A stretch of DNA of 64,000 nucleotides. Source: an uncultured cyanobacterium (lineage in GTDB: Bacteria > Cyanobacteriota > Cyanobacteriia > CAKZMO01). Every line of letters starts with the position of its first letter. Position 1 is the stretch's first letter. Below, in pieces: positions 61,161 through 64,000 of this stretch. The position numbers and the translations under genes were made by a program. The notes beneath the pieces were generated by a model. The model searched no databases. It was not told the origin of the DNA and saw nothing but the letters and a program-made list of their open reading frames with translations. Where the stretch lies: assembly GCA_963719515.1 (NCBI GenBank), contig CAVRCJ010000003.1, positions 448,001 through 512,000 of the forward strand. Direction: 5' to 3'.

Positions 61161-61939
61161 TGGAAGGTGAGCCATAGCGTTCCCGCAGTTCCCAGCAAAA
61201 AGAAGAGCGACCCCACGCCCGTTAGAGGCAGCCCTTCCTGACCCGTAATCCAGAGAGAAACTTGCCCTGTTGGGGAGAGCGCTCCCCAGATTTCAGACAG
61301 CGCCATCCCAAAAATCCAGCCTGAATGCAGCCCCCAAGGGAGCCCCACTGAAAAGCCGTCTACGGTGTAGGCTAACGCCAGCACCATTCCCATAAGCCAA
61401 AGGCCGGGAAGCTGCAGTCGAGTATTGCGCCAATCCCAGATTAGGTGGAGAAACGCAAATGCTAAACTACTGATAATCGCAGAGAGCCAAAGCGAAAAAC
61501 TGCTCGAAAGCTGATCGATCAAAAAAACTCGAAAAATTACCTCTTCAATCAACCCCACCCCTATAGCCAAAGCGCCACTCAAGCAGACGGCCTTAGCAAT
61601 TGTTCTAGCCGTGGTGGTGGCTGGCTTTAGCTGCAGCCAAGACAGCTTCACCTGAACCAAAAACAAAATGGCCAGACCGAAGAGCCCAAGCACAAAACCT
61701 AGCCCTGCCGACATCAAAACAGAGGATTGAGCTAGTTCACCGAATATGGTACGAGCGGCGATCGCTTCGACCGTGAAAAGCGCCAGTGGAGCCGTTGCGT
61801 ATAGCGTCAGCAGCAGCGGCAGCTTCTGACGAAGAGTAGCCGATTGAAACGGTCGCCAGCGCAGTCCAATCGCTAGGGGCAGCGCAATGGGCAGCCAATA
61901 AGCTCCCCAAACCACTAAAAACAGGCCTACATGACGCAT
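61157..61939 (-). CDS. CPBP (CAAX/Abi) family intramembrane metalloprotease
   Basis: EEVIFR, FAFLH and GLH.GW motifs. Confidence 0.88.
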   Translation of the reverse strand: MRHVGLFLVVWGAYWLPIALPLAIGLRWRPFQSATLRQKLPLLLTLYATAPLALFTVEAIAARTIFGELAQSSVLMSAGLGFVLGLFGLAILFLVQVKLSWLQLKPATTTARTIAKAVCLSGALAIGVGLIEEVIFRVFLIDQLSSSFSLWLSAIISSLAFAFLHLIWDWRNTRLQLPGLWLMGMVLALAYTVDGFSVGLPWGLHSGWIFGMALSEIWGALSPTGQVSLWITGQEGLPLTGVGSLFFLLGTAGTLWLTFH

Positions 61940-61966
61940 AGGTTACCGCAGCTCGCAGACGGCCCG

Positions 61967-62383
61967 CTACTCGGCTGCCGGACCTGAGCCATTGGTATCC
62001 ACTTCTGACGAATCTAGCTTGATGAGCTGAATATGCTTGTATCCCAGCTTAATTTCAAACTCATCTCCAGGCTCTAGCCCCATTTTTTCGGTATAGGTTG
62101 AGCCAATCACAATTTGACCATTCTTGTGAACGCTAACGCGATAGGTCGGTTCACGTCCACGGCCATCTTTGGCGGCGTCAATACCAACGGGGACGCCGCT
62201 GGCGGTCAAGATCGCTTCGGTAAAGTCAGACAGGTTGACCCGAACCTGCTCGTCTTTCCCAACAGTGTAATAGCCACACAGCCTTGCCTTTTCACGGCGC
62301 GACAGATGGGAAAGGTCTTTAACTTTCTGTAGCAGTGCTTTACCTGTCAGGGGAGTTGTTGCGGCCTCAGTCATCACAGTCAA
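61967..62383 (-). CDS. Cyanobacterial AbrB-like transcriptional regulator (cyAbrB)
   Basis: LTG..LL.KVK.L, CGY, GRGREP.YR.SV..NG.IVIG..YT..M.L.PGDEFEIKLG.K.I.L. Confidence 0.92.
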   Translation of the reverse strand: MTVMTEAATTPLTGKALLQKVKDLSHLSRREKARLCGYYTVGKDEQVRVNLSDFTEAILTASGVPVGIDAAKDGRGREPTYRVSVHKNGQIVIGSTYTEKMGLEPGDEFEIKLGYKHIQLIKLDSSEVDTNGSGPAAE

Positions 62384-62753
62384 AATGCCCTCACTGTAGT
62401 TTTAAAGGATAGCAGAGAGATAAACGGAGCTTCTGTATTAAGCCTAAACGCAATGAGCCTAAACGTATAAGAATAGATTTTAGCAATAAAAGAAACGCTT
62501 TAGCTAACTCTAGAATAATTGAGTTTGACGCATATGAAGCTTCTAACTATATTTAGTTCGTCGCTTTCTGATAATCTGACGAAATTATTTAACTGAACTT
62601 GATTTTATGTTGGGTGAGAGCCCCTTTGCACCCGCCTCGATTTCCTTTACTCTCTCAAGCTAGGCTGAACGGGGTTCTAAAAGCGGCTGTTTGCTCAGCA
62701 AAAGTACCTTGGTTATGCTGTAGGAGAGGGCTCGCACATCGGCGAGATTAATT

Positions 62754-63875
62754 ATGCACGTTGTCTTCAATATTGTTCGCAAGACTAATCAGGCTCCTTA
62801 TCTGGCGCGCTATACCCTAGAGGTTGAAGCTAGCACCACAATTTTGGACTGCTTAAATCGAATTAAATGGGAGCAGGACGGCAGTCTGGCGTTTCGGAAA
62901 AATTGTCGAAATACGATCTGCGGCAGCTGCGGTATGAAGATCAACGGTCGCTCTGCTTTGGCCTGCAAAGAGAGCGTCGGGGGTGAGCTGTCTCGGCTCG
63001 CTAGCGGAATTAGCGGCGGTAGCGACTCTACCGCCGATCTGTCGACAGCTACACCAACAATTACGATTGCGCCGATGGGCAATATGTCCGTCATTAAAGA
63101 CCTGGTCGTTGATATGAAAAGCTTTTGGGACAACCTCGAAGCGGTCGACCCCTACGTTAGTGCCCAAGCTCGTCAGCCAGCATCCCAGCAGCCAGTAGCC
63201 CAGCATCCAGCATCCCAGCAGCCAGTAAGCAGCCCATCCTTAAACTCCCGCCCAAGCGAGTCCCTCCAGTCGCCAGAGGAGCGCGATCGCCTCAACCAGG
63301 CCGGTAACTGTATTTTATGCGGAGCCTGTTATTCAGAGTGCAACGCCAGGGAGGCCAACCCAGAGTTTGTCGGTCCCCACGCCCTCGCCAAGGCGCAGCG
63401 GCTGCTGGCCGACCCCCGAGACGAGCGCACCACTGAGCGTCTCGGAGCCTACAGCGGCGGCAAGGACGGCAGCAGCACCAACGGCGTCTGGGGCTGTACC
63501 CGCTGCTATTACTGCAACACGGTTTGCCCCATGGACGTCGCGCCTATGGATCGAATTGGTGAAATTAAGCAGGCCGTCCTGTCGCGGGAAACGGCTGAAA
63601 CGAGTCGTCCCGTTCGGCATCGTAAGGCGATGATTGATCTCGTCAAGCGCGGCGGCTGGGTGGACGAGCGCCAGTTTGGCCTCATAGTCGTCGGCAACTA
63701 CATGAGAGACCTACAGGGTCTGGCAAGTCTGGGACCGCTGGGGCTAAGGATGCTGCTGCGCGGAAAGCTGCCGTGGCGGTTTGAGCCCTCCGAAGGAGCA
63801 CAGCAGGTGCGATCGCTGATTGAATCGGTTCAGCGCTGTAGCGCCGCAGCCCCCATCGATAGGCTTCAAGACTGA
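62754..63875 (+). CDS. sdhB: Succinate dehydrogenase/fumarate reductase iron-sulfur subunit
   Basis: CRNTICGSC...ING...LAC, CILCGACYSEC and CTRCYYCNTVCP. Confidence 0.93.
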   Translation: MHVVFNIVRKTNQAPYLARYTLEVEASTTILDCLNRIKWEQDGSLAFRKNCRNTICGSCGMKINGRSALACKESVGGELSRLASGISGGSDSTADLSTATPTITIAPMGNMSVIKDLVVDMKSFWDNLEAVDPYVSAQARQPASQQPVAQHPASQQPVSSPSLNSRPSESLQSPEERDRLNQAGNCILCGACYSECNAREANPEFVGPHALAKAQRLLADPRDERTTERLGAYSGGKDGSSTNGVWGCTRCYYCNTVCPMDVAPMDRIGEIKQAVLSRETAETSRPVRHRKAMIDLVKRGGWVDERQFGLIVVGNYMRDLQGLASLGPLGLRMLLRGKLPWRFEPSEGAQQVRSLIESVQRCSAAAPIDRLQD

Positions 63876-64000
63876 CGCAGCGTCGATTGACCAGAATTTA
63901 GATTTGGGCTACAAGCTCAGGGGTATTGAGTCTGATGTGCTCCTCGTAGAGGACGCGAGCTTCGTCAACGTTAGCGACGGGATACTGGGCCTTTGCGCCG

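Overview
Cyanobacterial chromosome segment with high GC and a very frequent HIP1 octamer GCGATCGC; gene content suggests a filamentous Leptolyngbya/Nodosilinea-like organism (inference). From about 17.9 kb onward it is mostly housekeeping: metH, argF, spkB-like kinase, pheT, chrA, lrtA/hpf, two Deg proteases, a thrC-like/MoaD pair, crtP-crtB, panB, cobH-cbiET, cyAbrB and sdhB. An accessory patch at about 9-18 kb holds a small gene with a highly structured leader and a SymR-like antisense hairpin, a P-loop ATPase + TPR gene pair, a triply nested MITE/REP structure, a truncated IS1380 fused in frame to a methyltransferase, an internally deleted aac(3)-like gene and toxin-antitoxin remnants. The most unusual element is a 414-bp non-autonomous IS200/IS605 element (23434-23847) just upstream of argF. 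It keeps both ends and a TnpB omega/reRNA-like scaffold, but has no tnpA/tnpB. In their place are an extended -10 promoter and an ~160-nt structured RNA with a GAAA tetraloop and an 11-nt-receptor-like motif. Single-base frameshifts cluster in the first 20 kb, including in metH, and may be sequencing errors. All structure and family calls were made by eye; no searches or folding programs were run.
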